NCBI GenBank assembly: GCA_002841455.1
Contig: PGZT01000001.1
Location: 81,919 to 137,921, forward strand
Direction: 5' to 3'
Origin: Firmicutes bacterium HGW-Firmicutes-21
Lineage (GTDB): Bacteria; Bacillota; Clostridia; Oscillospirales; CAG-382
DNA: 56,003 nt
Shown piece by piece: positions 26,879 through 40,038 of this stretch; positions within the stretch are counted from its first letter, which is position 1; every line of letters starts with the position of its first letter. The notes beneath the pieces are model-generated. The model was not told the origin of the DNA, did no database searches, and saw nothing but the letters and a program-made list of their open reading frames with translations. A program made the translations under genes and the position numbers.

Positions 26879-28114
26879 ATGTTTTACACCGATAATGAGG
26901 TAATTGATTTTATAACGGAGAACGATGTTAAGTTTATCCGTCTTTCTTATTGCGATATTTACGGAGTACAAAAGAATATATCAATTATGCCGTCGGAGCT
27001 TAGACGAGCGTTCAGGGACGGAATATCCTTCGACGCTTCGGCTGTACGGGGCTTTGGCGACGAGGTAAGGTCGGATTTATTGCTGTTCCCCGATCCGTCG
27101 ACCCTCGCTCTTTTACCCTGGAGACCGTCACACGGCAGAGTTGTGCGGTTTTTTTGTGATATAAAGCATCCCGACGGCAGAACCTTTGAGATGGACAGCC
27201 GTCATATATTGAAAAAGGCGGTCCGCTATGCGGCGGGCAGGGGTTATACGGTCAGCTTCGGTGCGGAATGTGAGTTTTATCTTTTCAAGTGCGATGCGGA
27301 GGGAAACCCCACCGACATTCCCTTTGACAACGCCGGGTATATGGATGTTTCCCCGCTTGACAAGGGCGAGAATGTAAGACGGGAGATCTGTCTTACGCTT
27401 GAGGAAATGGGTATTATCCCCGAGGCCTCTCATCACGAGGAGGGACCCGGACAAAATGAGATTGATTTCAGATACAGCGAGCCGCTTGTCTCCGCCGATA
27501 ATGTTACAACCTTTAAGTGGGTTGTGAAAACGGTTGCGGCGAGAAACGGACTGTTTGCCACCTTTGACCCTAAACCGATTCCGGACAAGAGCGGAAACGG
27601 CTTCCATATAAATATGGCTCCCAAGCTAATCGGCGGAGTAACCGAGCAGGCTGTGTATGACAGCTTCATGGCGGGTGTTCTCGACCGTGCGGCGGAGCTA
27701 TGTGCTTTTCTTAACCCGACAGAGGCATCCTTCCTCCGTTTGGGAGAGAATAAAGCACCCAAATATATTACCTGGTCCGAGCAGAACCGCTCACAGCTGA
27801 TAAGAATACCTGCCGGAGACGGCGAATACAAGCGTATCGAGCTGCGTTCTCCCGATTGCAGAACCAATCACTATATCGCATATGCATTGCTTATATATGC
27901 GGGCATGGAAGGCATTGAGAATAAAAAAGTCCCACCCGTTCCGATTGACCTAAATCTTTACAAAGCGGATAAGGAGATTATAGATAAGCTAAGCAAGCTG
28001 CCCGAGAGTCTTTCCGAGGCTGTCGAGATAGCCTGCCGCAGCGAATTCATCGGCAGAGTGCTGCCCAAGCGGGTAGCCGAGGCGTATAATCCGCTTTACG
28101 AGAAGCAGGAATAG
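26879..28114 (+). CDS. Glutamine synthetase type I-like protein (flap Glu missing, C-terminally shortened)
   Basis: FDASAV, ECEFYLF, HHEEGPGQNEIDF, GNGFHIN, NRSQLIRIP and RIELRSPD are present, but RLGENKAP replaces RLVPGYEAP. About 411 aa. Confidence 0.85.
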   Translation: MFYTDNEVIDFITENDVKFIRLSYCDIYGVQKNISIMPSELRRAFRDGISFDASAVRGFGDEVRSDLLLFPDPSTLALLPWRPSHGRVVRFFCDIKHPDGRTFEMDSRHILKKAVRYAAGRGYTVSFGAECEFYLFKCDAEGNPTDIPFDNAGYMDVSPLDKGENVRREICLTLEEMGIIPEASHHEEGPGQNEIDFRYSEPLVSADNVTTFKWVVKTVAARNGLFATFDPKPIPDKSGNGFHINMAPKLIGGVTEQAVYDSFMAGVLDRAAELCAFLNPTEASFLRLGENKAPKYITWSEQNRSQLIRIPAGDGEYKRIELRSPDCRTNHYIAYALLIYAGMEGIENKKVPPVPIDLNLYKADKEIIDKLSKLPESLSEAVEIACRSEFIGRVLPKRVAEAYNPLYEKQE

Positions 28115-28125
28115 GGGGCGTTGGT

Positions 28126-28713
28126 ATGTTGTTCGGTAAAACGCCGTACAGCGTGCTGGTCGTTTCGAGCGGAGAAAAAATTAACGATTTTCTAAACGAG
28201 GTTCTTGGGTCAAATATGTACTCGCCCGTCATATTCACAAAAAACGGGGGGGAGGCAAGAAACATTCTTATATCACAGAGCTTTGACCTTGTTATAATAA
28301 ACTCCCCTCTTAGTGATGAATTCGGCAGCGAGCTTGCCTTTAAGCTCACCGAAAATGCGGTATGCGGTGTAATAATGATTATAAAAAGCGATGTGTTCGA
28401 CGAGGTCAGCGAACGGGTTGAGCAATACGGAGTTCTTGCGGTGAGCAAGCCGATTTCCCGTGTGCTTTTCTTGCAGATTCTGAAAATATCCATCGCTACT
28501 CTCGAGCGGTTGAAAAGGCTTGAGCGGGAAAATAAAAAGTTATCGTTTAAAATAGAGGAAATAAGGCTTATTGACAGAGCAAAATGGGTTCTTATAGAGT
28601 ATCTGAAAATGAGCGAGCCGCAAGCGCACCGATATATCGAAAAACAGGCTATGGATATGCGGATAACACGGCGTGAGGTTGCCGAGAGCATTATAAAAAC
28701 ATATGAAAATTAG
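28126..28713 (+). CDS. ANTAR-domain antiterminator with a pseudo-receiver domain (NitR/AmiR-like)
   Basis: C-terminal IDRAKWVLIE...MSEPQAHRYIEKQAMDMRITRREVAE. N-terminal receiver fold reads VLVVSS ... DLVIINSP ... SKP. Confidence 0.92.
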   Translation: MLFGKTPYSVLVVSSGEKINDFLNEVLGSNMYSPVIFTKNGGEARNILISQSFDLVIINSPLSDEFGSELAFKLTENAVCGVIMIIKSDVFDEVSERVEQYGVLAVSKPISRVLFLQILKISIATLERLKRLERENKKLSFKIEEIRLIDRAKWVLIEYLKMSEPQAHRYIEKQAMDMRITRREVAESIIKTYEN

Positions 28714-28736
28714 TTGCTTTTCATATGTTTTTATAA
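28691..28736. repeat. 19-bp perfect inverted repeat spanning the ANTAR gene stop codon
   Basis: TTATAAAAACATATGAAAA-N8-TTTTCATATGTTTTTATAA. Confidence 0.85.
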
Positions 28737-28846
28737 AAGAAAAGTCCTTAAAAGTCAGAGTGACCTTCAGTTATCTTCGGTAAAAACGGACTTTTCCGTT
28801 GGTAATTTTCCATATACGATATTCATAATTTAAAAACAAAAAAGGT

Positions 28847-28875
28847 TTGACAAGAACGGTTTTTTGCTGTAGATT
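28847..28875 (+). promoter_or_regulatory. sigma-A promoter of guaA-pyrG-nadE
   Basis: TTGACA-N17-TAGATT. Confidence 0.6.
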
Positions 28876-28906
28876 TATAAGATAAGATTTATTAAGGAGA
28901 AAATAT

Positions 28907-32087
<3,181 letters not shown>

Positions 32088-32103
32088 TGGGAGTTGCTTT
32101 TAG

Positions 32104-32832
32104 ATGAGAGATTATAAAAAGGAAACGGCGAGTCGTGTCGCTTTTATCAAGGAAGTTCTGCGTGACAGCGGAGCGAAGGGCATTATTTACGGAAACAGCG
32201 GCGGCAAGGACAGTGCGCTTGTAGGCATTTTGTGCAAAAAGGCTTGTGTAGATACGGTCGGCGTTATGATGCCCTGCCAGTCCAAACGAAATTTCGGCGA
32301 GGACATGGACGACGCCTGTGCCGTTGCCAATCAGTACGGTGTGGAATGCCGTGCAATCGATTTAAGCGAATTAAAGGTACTTGCGGTCAAGCTTTACGGC
32401 GAGTACACAGAGCTTTCCGAAGCTGCGATCGCAAATATCGCACCCCGCTTAAGGATGCTCACCCTTTACACGCTTGCGGCTTCGGAGAACCGCATTGTTG
32501 CAGGTACAGGTAACCGCAGCGAGGGATATATGGGTTATTTTACCAAGTGGGGGGACGGCGCATTTGATTTTAATCCGATTGCGGACCTTACCGTTACAGA
32601 GATATATGAGTTTCTCGAATATCTCGGAGCACCTGAGAATATCCGTACCAAGGCTCCGTCGGCGGGGCTGTTTGAGGGGCAGACCGATGAGAAGGAGATG
32701 GGCGTTTCCTATGCTGCGATAGATAATTATCTGCTCAACGGTATTGCGGACGATAAGGATCTTGCAATAATCGAAAGGCTCCATAACAGAAGCGAGCATA
32801 AACGCTGTATGCCGAGTATATACGGCGACTGA
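32104..32832 (+). CDS. nadE: NH3-dependent NAD(+) synthetase
   Basis: SGGKDS, NIAPRLRM, GTGNRSE, GYFTKWGDG, PSAGL..GQTDE; no glutaminase domain. Confidence 0.95.
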   Translation: MRDYKKETASRVAFIKEVLRDSGAKGIIYGNSGGKDSALVGILCKKACVDTVGVMMPCQSKRNFGEDMDDACAVANQYGVECRAIDLSELKVLAVKLYGEYTELSEAAIANIAPRLRMLTLYTLAASENRIVAGTGNRSEGYMGYFTKWGDGAFDFNPIADLTVTEIYEFLEYLGAPENIRTKAPSAGLFEGQTDEKEMGVSYAAIDNYLLNGIADDKDLAIIERLHNRSEHKRCMPSIYGD

Positions 32833-32855
32833 AAAACGCAAAAATAAAGCTCTAC

Positions 32856-32890
32856 GGCTCGGACGGAATTGACATTCCGCCGAGCTTTTT
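32856..32890 (+). terminator. Intrinsic terminator after nadE
   Basis: GCTCGG-A-CGGAAT-TGAC-ATTCCG-CCGAGC-TTTTT. Confidence 0.8.
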
Positions 32891-32910
32891 CATGCAGACT
32901 CTGTGAACTA

Positions 32911-32939
32911 TTGACAGCAAAATAAAAACATGATAAAAT
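32911..32939 (+). promoter_or_regulatory. sigma-A promoter of the lipoprotein-opp operon
   Basis: TTGACA-N17-TAAAAT with an extended TG. Confidence 0.75.
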
Positions 32940-32993
32940 ATGGTATAAAAAGGGGCATAATAGGCTTATTATATATGTCGGAGGCGTGGTTGA

Positions 32994-34256
32994 ATGGGTA
33001 CGAAAAGAACCTATATAATCTTACTTGTTTTAACCGTAACCCTGACTTTTACAATGTCCTCCTGTCGGATAGGCTCTGATTCGTATAAAGAGCCTTGGGA
33101 GATAGACGACAGCTTTGTTTACTGTGTTGTTTACAACGCAATGGGCGGCACAATTAACAACTCGGGGGAGCGAACCACCTATTATTCGGGCGGCTCTCTG
33201 ATAAAGGAACCTAACAGACGGTCGGGTATGCTTGTAGAACCCGTTAACGGTAACAAGCTCGTTTTCGGCTGGTACACCTCATATATAAACATCGGAACGG
33301 AGGAAAACCCCGTTTATTCATTCGATGAGGCGAACAGATGGGATTTTACCGACGACAGAATAAACGACGAAAATACAGACGGGAACAAAACACTGACCTT
33401 ATATGCCCGTTGGACAGACCCGCCCTCCGTTTATTTTGTGGATGCGTCCGAGACGGACAATGTCCTGCTTAAATGGGAGGATGTTGTTGTAAAGAAACCA
33501 TTATCCCGACCTACGACCACCGAAAAAGCAACTATACAAAAAGTTTCGCAGGGGACACCGACGACCTATTCGTTGCTTGATTATTTTTTTGATAAGGACT
33601 GCACCGTTAAGGTAGTATGGGACACGGATACGGTCGAGGATATTATTTACAGGCAGGACAAGGAGAGTATAATATATATCTATTGTAAATATATAGAGGG
33701 AAATTATAAAAGGATAAGGAACGCATCAGACCTGCGTAATATTAATGAACATGACGGAAAATATATACTGGCAAACGACATTTATTTAGGCTCTGTAATC
33801 TGGACACCTTTATGCGACAAGCAGCCCTTTTCCGGCGTTTTTATAGGAAACGGCTATACCATATCCGATTTTAATATAGATGCTGTGAACAGGGAGAGCG
33901 GTGTGGGGCTTATTAACGCAAGGGAAAAATCGTTCGGGCTGTTTTCGGAGCTGTCCGGTGCGTTCTTTTCGGGAATAAACCTGCAGAATGTAACCGTAAC
34001 GGTAAACAAAACCAGCAATGTTCCGCTCTGTATCGGCGTTTTCGGCGGCAGAGCAGCCGACACTGTTTTTGTAAATTGCGGCATTGATGCTTATAAAGTA
34101 AGCTCCGACGGTGAGGTAAAGACAGACCTGTTCCTCGGAACCGCCGCATTTGCTGACAGCACCTGTACTTTAACCGACAATAGCTTTAACGAACCCGATA
34201 TAAGCAATCTTGATATAAAACAAACGCATTTATTTAAGAACACTAAACAAAACTGA
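32994..34256 (+). CDS. Lipoprotein with InlB B-repeat-like and GLUG-like beta-helix regions
   Basis: Lipobox MSSC; YNAMGG...FGWY...WDF...LTLYARW; YILANDI...WTP...FSGVFIGNGYTIS...FGLF. Confidence 0.7.
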   Translation: MGTKRTYIILLVLTVTLTFTMSSCRIGSDSYKEPWEIDDSFVYCVVYNAMGGTINNSGERTTYYSGGSLIKEPNRRSGMLVEPVNGNKLVFGWYTSYINIGTEENPVYSFDEANRWDFTDDRINDENTDGNKTLTLYARWTDPPSVYFVDASETDNVLLKWEDVVVKKPLSRPTTTEKATIQKVSQGTPTTYSLLDYFFDKDCTVKVVWDTDTVEDIIYRQDKESIIYIYCKYIEGNYKRIRNASDLRNINEHDGKYILANDIYLGSVIWTPLCDKQPFSGVFIGNGYTISDFNIDAVNRESGVGLINAREKSFGLFSELSGAFFSGINLQNVTVTVNKTSNVPLCIGVFGGRAADTVFVNCGIDAYKVSSDGEVKTDLFLGTAAFADSTCTLTDNSFNEPDISNLDIKQTHLFKNTKQN

Positions 34257-34316
34257 ATATCCGGGGAACTATTCCCGCTTACGGCATAAATGCCGGGAAA
34301 GGAACGATTATAACTA

Positions 34317-36731
34317 ATGAAAAGATTATTAATACTTTTAATTAGCTTGGCTATTGTTTTCAGCTTTATCTCCTGCGGTAAAACACCCGCAGATAATTCC
34401 ACCGACGATACATCGGGTACTGTCAGGGTTAACCCCGATGTACCCTCCGGCAGACGGGGTGTAATCGAACGAACTGGCAAAAACGCCACCAATCCGCTCA
34501 TTATCGCCATAAACACTATGGACGGAAAGTTCAATCCCTTTTATGCTACAAGCGGATACGACGCCACCATTGTCGATATGACGCAGATAAAGCTTATCAC
34601 TTCAAACGAAAACGCCGAGCCTGTCGCCTCGATTAACGCACGGTCGTTTGCGCTTAACCTTAATATGACGGTGAATGACGATCAGACAGAGAGCAAATAC
34701 GAGTTTGTGCTTAAAAACGGCATTACCTTCAGCGACGGCACTCCCGTAACCGGCAAGGATGTATTGTTCAACCTATACACATACCTTGACCCTGCATACA
34801 GCGGCTCAAGCACTCTTTATTCGATGGATATTAAGGGGCTCAGGTCGTACAGAACACAGGTTCTCGACGAAGCGGAGCTGGAGGCTATGTACGAGGAGAA
34901 CCTTGCAAAGGCACAGGCGGCTGTAGAGGCATACCTTGCGGGCGAGGAAATTGGCGAGACCGAGCTTGATGCAATCTGGGCTGCCGTTAAGGACTGTATA
35001 ACAGCAGACAGTAATCTTCTTATTGAATACGGTTATATGCCGAGTGATTTGGAATTAGACCAGCCCGATGATTACCTTGCAAAATATGCGAGAACAATTA
35101 TACTGTCATATGTCGGTGCGCTTACCTATGACGCCGTGAAGGCTGAATGGAGCGTTAATGAAGCAACGGGTCTTGAACGGAGCAAGCTCTCGGATTATAC
35201 CGAGGAGGAGTGTATAAATGCCGCCTTGTTGTATGTCAAGGCAAATATGACGGCAAACGAGTATGACGCTTCCTTTGCGCATGATACCGTTATGGAGGAT
35301 ACCGCTCAAACAGCGGTAGCTAAAATTATAAAGAGCTATGAGAACTCTTATATAAAAGAAAACAAGGGTATTGTATCATCTATTTCCGGTATTACACTCG
35401 GAAAGGTTATTGACCAAAACGGTGTCGAGAGGGAAAAGCTAACGGTTATTATTAACGGAGTCGACCCAAAGGCTATCTGGAACTTCGCCTTTAATATAGC
35501 ACCAATGCACTATTATTCGACACAGGAGCTTGCCGACAAGGCAAACGGTGTCGATGCCTTTGGAGTTGATTTTGCAAGCATTGATTTTCAGAATCAGCTT
35601 AAGCAAAAGGTAGTTCCGTTAGGAGCGGGACCTTATATACCTGCGGATAATCAGGGCAACGAGACAACCGAATTTACTAAGTTCTTTAAGGACGGTATCG
35701 TCAACTTTGTGGCAAACGACGACTTTATGCTTGCCGCACCGCTTATAAAGTATGTGCGTTATCAAACAATCTCAAGCGGAAGCGAGCTTTCCGTCCTACA
35801 GAGCGGAGCGGTTCATTTTGCGGAGCCTGCCGCTCAGGTTGATACGATCAATCAGATAGCGGGAACAAATTTTTCCGGAATATTAGTGGATGCGCTCGGA
35901 TACGGTTATATCGGGATGAACGCAAAGCTAATACCCGATATTAACGCACGCAGAGCAATAACCTCGGCGTTTGATACGAGCCTTGCGCTTGAGTATTATT
36001 CGAGCGGACTCGCATCGACAATTTATCGCAGTATGTCGAAGGTGTCCTGGGCATACCCGAAAAATGCAACGAATATGTACCCCTTCGACGAAACGGGTGA
36101 AAAATCAAAGGAATACTTCCTCGCCTCCGATAACTTTATCGAACAGGACGGCAGGATTGTTTATGCGGACGGCTCTGCGGTAACCTACACCTTTTCGCTT
36201 CCCGATGATGCGGCAGACCATCCGGCAGGTCAGATATTCCTAAAGGCAAAACAGGTTCTGGCGTTAATAGGAGTTGAGGTTACGATTGACGACACAGATC
36301 CTAATATGATAAATAATCTGCAGGACGACAAGATTTCTGTCTGGGCAGCCGCATGGGGAGCGGAAATAGACCCCGATATGTTCCAGGTGTTTTATTCCGA
36401 CCCGGACGAGAACAACGCAGGCTCGCCCAAGAGCCTTGGCTTGTATTGGATGTTTGAAAACGGTACGGAGGACGAAAAAGGTCTTCTTGTACAAATAAAC
36501 GAGCTTATTAAGCAGGCGCGCGGCTCGTTGAACCCGAATGAAAGAAAGCCTGTTTATACAGAGGCACTCGATTTGATTATGGAGCTGTGCGTTGAGGTTC
36601 CGACCTATCAACGGAAGGATATGTTCGTATACAATACGAGCGTTATAAAGAGCAATACGCTTTGGCAGAATGTTACCCCGTATAAGGGACCTCTCTCCGA
36701 GCTTTGGAATGTCAGCCTTGTGCTTGAATAA
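34317..36731 (+). CDS. oppA: Oligopeptide/SBP family 5 substrate-binding lipoprotein (unusually long, 804 aa)
   Basis: Lipobox FISC; FNPFY, LKNGITFSDGTPVTGKDV.F, PLGAGPY, YGYIGMN, RRAI. Confidence 0.85.
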   Translation: MKRLLILLISLAIVFSFISCGKTPADNSTDDTSGTVRVNPDVPSGRRGVIERTGKNATNPLIIAINTMDGKFNPFYATSGYDATIVDMTQIKLITSNENAEPVASINARSFALNLNMTVNDDQTESKYEFVLKNGITFSDGTPVTGKDVLFNLYTYLDPAYSGSSTLYSMDIKGLRSYRTQVLDEAELEAMYEENLAKAQAAVEAYLAGEEIGETELDAIWAAVKDCITADSNLLIEYGYMPSDLELDQPDDYLAKYARTIILSYVGALTYDAVKAEWSVNEATGLERSKLSDYTEEECINAALLYVKANMTANEYDASFAHDTVMEDTAQTAVAKIIKSYENSYIKENKGIVSSISGITLGKVIDQNGVEREKLTVIINGVDPKAIWNFAFNIAPMHYYSTQELADKANGVDAFGVDFASIDFQNQLKQKVVPLGAGPYIPADNQGNETTEFTKFFKDGIVNFVANDDFMLAAPLIKYVRYQTISSGSELSVLQSGAVHFAEPAAQVDTINQIAGTNFSGILVDALGYGYIGMNAKLIPDINARRAITSAFDTSLALEYYSSGLASTIYRSMSKVSWAYPKNATNMYPFDETGEKSKEYFLASDNFIEQDGRIVYADGSAVTYTFSLPDDAADHPAGQIFLKAKQVLALIGVEVTIDDTDPNMINNLQDDKISVWAAAWGAEIDPDMFQVFYSDPDENNAGSPKSLGLYWMFENGTEDEKGLLVQINELIKQARGSLNPNERKPVYTEALDLIMELCVEVPTYQRKDMFVYNTSVIKSNTLWQNVTPYKGPLSELWNVSLVLE

Positions 36732-36759
36732 TTCAACAAAAATCATATAAAAACCTGTA

Positions 36760-36797
36760 AAAGAGGGGGTTAATAGTCTGCTATTAAGCCTCTCTTT
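36760..36797 (+). other. Intercistronic stem-loop between oppA and oppB (mRNA stabiliser or partial terminator)
   Basis: AAAGAGGGGGTTAATAG-TCTG-CTATTAAGCCTCTCTTT. Confidence 0.65.
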
Positions 36798-36844
36798 CCG
36801 CTCATTATTTTTGAAGGATATATTATTTACTAATTCAGGAGGGA

Positions 36845-37840
36845 ATGCCGTTGCTTAAGTATATCGTTAAAAGGCTGCTGCTCGGGCTGTTGATTCTGTT
36901 CGGCACCTCTGTAATAATATATTTTTTGGTTCGTTCCATGCCTGCCGACTATATCGATATAAATACTGCGGCACAGGTATCGCAGGGGAAGCTGAGCGCC
37001 GAGGATGTCGCCCGTATGAAGGAGCTGTACGGTATAGGCGATAATTCGCTTTGGGGCATTATCGGCAGCTATTTTACATGGCTGGGCAACCTTTTTAAGG
37101 GTGATCTCGGTATATCCTTTATATACGGAAGATCGGTTGCCGAGGTTATCAGACAATATATGTGGGTCTCCTTCGGTATCGCCTTCGTCGCATTGATTTT
37201 TCAAATAATCATCGCTATTCCTCTCGGTATATATGCGGCGACTAAGCAATACAGCGTATCGGATTATTCGGTAACGGTGCTGGCAATGATGGGCATCTCC
37301 CTGCCCTCGTTCTTTTTTGCCGCTCTGCTCTTGCGGGTGTTCTCGGTCGGACTCGGGTGGTTTCCGCTTGTGGGCTTGCGTTCGGCAGAGACCATGCAGT
37401 CGGGTTTTCCCGCCTTTTTAGACCTTGCGCACCATTTGGTTCTGCCCATAATAACGCTCGTGGTTTTATCTATCGGCGGACTTATGCGTTATACGAGGAC
37501 AAATATGCTTGAGGTGCTTAACTCCGATTATATACGGACAGCAAGGGCAAAAGGATTATCCGAAAAAACGGTAATCTACAAGCACGCATTCAGGAACACG
37601 CTCATTCCTATCGTAACAATGCTCGGAGGAGTTCTGCCCACTCTGTTTGGTGGCGCAATGATTGTCGAGAGCGTTTTTGCGATTAACGGTATCGGGTTTA
37701 TTGCTTATAAAGCCGTCTTACAAGCCGATGTTCCCTTTGTAATGGGGTATAATATGTTTCTTGCGGTGCTTACGGTGCTGGGCATTCTGATATCCGACAT
37801 TTTATATATGGTTGTTGACCCTCGTGTCAAGCTGAAGTAG
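36845..37840 (+). CDS. oppB: Peptide ABC transporter permease
   Basis: GDLGISF, SDYIRTARAKGL, HAFRN, VESVF, VDPRVK. Confidence 0.92.
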   Translation: MPLLKYIVKRLLLGLLILFGTSVIIYFLVRSMPADYIDINTAAQVSQGKLSAEDVARMKELYGIGDNSLWGIIGSYFTWLGNLFKGDLGISFIYGRSVAEVIRQYMWVSFGIAFVALIFQIIIAIPLGIYAATKQYSVSDYSVTVLAMMGISLPSFFFAALLLRVFSVGLGWFPLVGLRSAETMQSGFPAFLDLAHHLVLPIITLVVLSIGGLMRYTRTNMLEVLNSDYIRTARAKGLSEKTVIYKHAFRNTLIPIVTMLGGVLPTLFGGAMIVESVFAINGIGFIAYKAVLQADVPFVMGYNMFLAVLTVLGILISDILYMVVDPRVKLK

Positions 37841-37843
37841 GGG

Positions 37844-38860
37844 GTGAGCGATATAGTAAGCAAAACGGATAGCTCATATGACGGTGTAAGGGTTTTATCT
37901 CCGACAAGGCTGGTATTGCGGCGATTTTTCAGGAGCCGGCTCTCTATAATCGGGCTGAGCATGCTCGTTTTCCTGTTTGTTTTCAGCTTTATCGGACCCT
38001 TGTTTACCGATTACAACGATGAGACAATGTTCTACATTCCCCGTACCGTTCCGATGGTCTCGGAGGAAAATTTTATAGGTGCCGACGGGATAGAATACCG
38101 ATTCTTCGATATTTCCAAGGACATTGTAACCGACAAGGCTCCGCCGTCAAGCAAGCATTGGCTTGGTACGGACGCAAACCGAATGGATGTATTTACCCGT
38201 CTTATGTACGGCGGCAGAATATCGCTCACAATAAGCCTTATCGTTGTATTTCTCGAGACCTTCCTCGGTGTTGTTTTCGGGGGATTGGCAGGGTATTTCG
38301 GCAGATGGGTGGATACGCTTATAATGCGTATTGTCGATATATTTATATGCCTACCCGGCTTGCCTATATTGTTGATATCATCTCAAATAATCAGATCTAT
38401 AGGCGTTGACCCAAACCATCGGATTTATTGGCTGATGGGAATATTAACCGTTTTCGGCTGGGCGGGGACCGCCCGTCTTGTAAGGGGGCAGATTTTGTCC
38501 CTGCGGGAGCAGGAATATATGACCGCAGCAGAGGCAACGGGTATAAAAACGAGTGCTAAAATCGTAAAGCACCTGCTTCCGAATGTAATGCCGCAGTTGA
38601 TTGTGGCTATGACGCTCGGCTTGGGCGGTATTATTCTGTACGAATCCGCTCTGTCCTTCCTCGGTCTCGGTGTTCAGTTCCCGAGAGCGGCTTGGGGAAC
38701 AATGATTTCCGCCGCCGATCCGTCAAAGGGGAGCGATATTCTTGCGAATTACCCCAATCTTTGGATACCCCCAGGTATTTTAATCGTTACGGCTGTGCTT
38801 GGCTTCAATTTTGTGGGTGACGGACTGAGAGACGCCTTTGACCCGAAAATGAAACGGTAG
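37844..38860 (+). CDS. oppC: Peptide ABC transporter permease
   Basis: HWLGTD, GGRISL, EYMTAAEATG, HLLPN, ESALSFLGLG, GDGLRDAFDP. Confidence 0.92.
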   Translation: MSDIVSKTDSSYDGVRVLSPTRLVLRRFFRSRLSIIGLSMLVFLFVFSFIGPLFTDYNDETMFYIPRTVPMVSEENFIGADGIEYRFFDISKDIVTDKAPPSSKHWLGTDANRMDVFTRLMYGGRISLTISLIVVFLETFLGVVFGGLAGYFGRWVDTLIMRIVDIFICLPGLPILLISSQIIRSIGVDPNHRIYWLMGILTVFGWAGTARLVRGQILSLREQEYMTAAEATGIKTSAKIVKHLLPNVMPQLIVAMTLGLGGIILYESALSFLGLGVQFPRAAWGTMISAADPSKGSDILANYPNLWIPPGILIVTAVLGFNFVGDGLRDAFDPKMKR

Positions 38861-38886
38861 AGTATTATCGAAGGGAATGGTCTAAA

Positions 38887-40038
38887 ATGAGCAATGACAA
38901 TAACAAGAACCCATATACCCTGACACGCAAGGAAGAAAGGGCAATAAATAAAAACAACAGAAAAGCGATGAAGCTCTTTGAGGACATAAAGAAGCAGAAG
39001 CATGTAAGCGAGAGCGAATATATGTCGCAGATGAAAAACCGAAATAATGTAATAGAGTTCGATAACCTGCACACATATTTCTATACCGATACAGGCACGG
39101 TAAAAGCGGTAAACGGTGTTTCCTTCGAGATTCCCTCGGGCAGCACTGTCGGTGTCGTGGGCGAATCGGGCTGCGGAAAGAGCGTTACCGCTCTGTCGCT
39201 TATGCAGCTGGTTCAAGCACCTCAGGGGCAGATTGCAAAGGGTGCGATAAGATATAACGCAGGAGATAAATGCTACGATGTCGTAAAAATGCCGACAGAG
39301 GCGATGCGGAAAATCAGAGGAAACGATATTACAATGATTTTTCAGGAGCCTATGACAAGTCTTAATCCCGTACTGACAGTCGGCAGTCAGATAGACGAGG
39401 TTATTCTGTTGCACCTTGAGGGATACACCGCTAAAAAAGCGGCTGAAAAATCGGTGGAAATGCTCAGAGCGGTAGGTATTGCAAGACCTGAGGAGGTCTA
39501 CGGCAGCTATGCGCACGAGCTGTCGGGCGGGATGCGGCAGAGGGTTATGATAGCGATGGCTCTCGCCTGTAAACCCAAGCTCATTATTGCGGACGAGCCT
39601 ACAACCGCGCTGGATGTTACCATTCAGGCGCAGATTCTCGACCTTTTAAGAGAGGTAAAGAGGAATACGCTCAGCAGTATAATGCTGATAACACACGACC
39701 TCGGGGTTGTTGCAGAAACGGCGGATTATGTGGTGGTTATGTATGCCGGCAGGATAGTGGAAAAGGGAACCGTCAGGGAGATATTTATGCAGCCCAAGCA
39801 TCCGTATACCGTCGGACTTATGAGGAGCAAGCCCTCGGTGAGCAAGACCTCCGACCGTCTATACAGCATTCCCGGACAGGTACCTAACCCGATAAATATG
39901 CCGGACTGCTGTTATTTTAGGGACAGGTGCGAAAAAAGGTCGGATAAATGCGATGGCACATATCCCAAGCCGATAAGCTTCAGTGACACACACAATACCG
40001 CTTGCTATCTGTATGAAGATTGCGGAGAGGTAAGGTAA
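38887..40038 (+). CDS. oppD: Peptide ABC transporter ATPase with a ~50 aa N-terminal extension
   Basis: [35 protein letters not shown], and C-terminal Cys motif. Confidence 0.93.
   Translation: MSNDNNKNPYTLTRKEERAINKNNRKAMKLFEDIKKQKHVSESEYMSQMKNRNNVIEFDNLHTYFYTDTGTVKAVNGVSFEIPSGSTVGVVGESGCGKSVTALSLMQLVQAPQGQIAKGAIRYNAGDKCYDVVKMPTEAMRKIRGNDITMIFQEPMTSLNPVLTVGSQIDEVILLHLEGYTAKKAAEKSVEMLRAVGIARPEEVYGSYAHELSGGMRQRVMIAMALACKPKLIIADEPTTALDVTIQAQILDLLREVKRNTLSSIMLITHDLGVVAETADYVVVMYAGRIVEKGTVREIFMQPKHPYTVGLMRSKPSVSKTSDRLYSIPGQVPNPINMPDCCYFRDRCEKRSDKCDGTYPKPISFSDTHNTACYLYEDCGEVR

Noticed and set aside
28737-28906. Purine riboswitch upstream of guaA
   Set aside because: No purine aptamer core (e.g. 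GUUUCUACC) is visible, and the promoter is only ~30 nt from the start codon.
38749-39516. 255 aa antisense ORF over oppC/oppD
   Set aside because: Antisense ORFs are common opposite ABC ATPase genes; no independent evidence.
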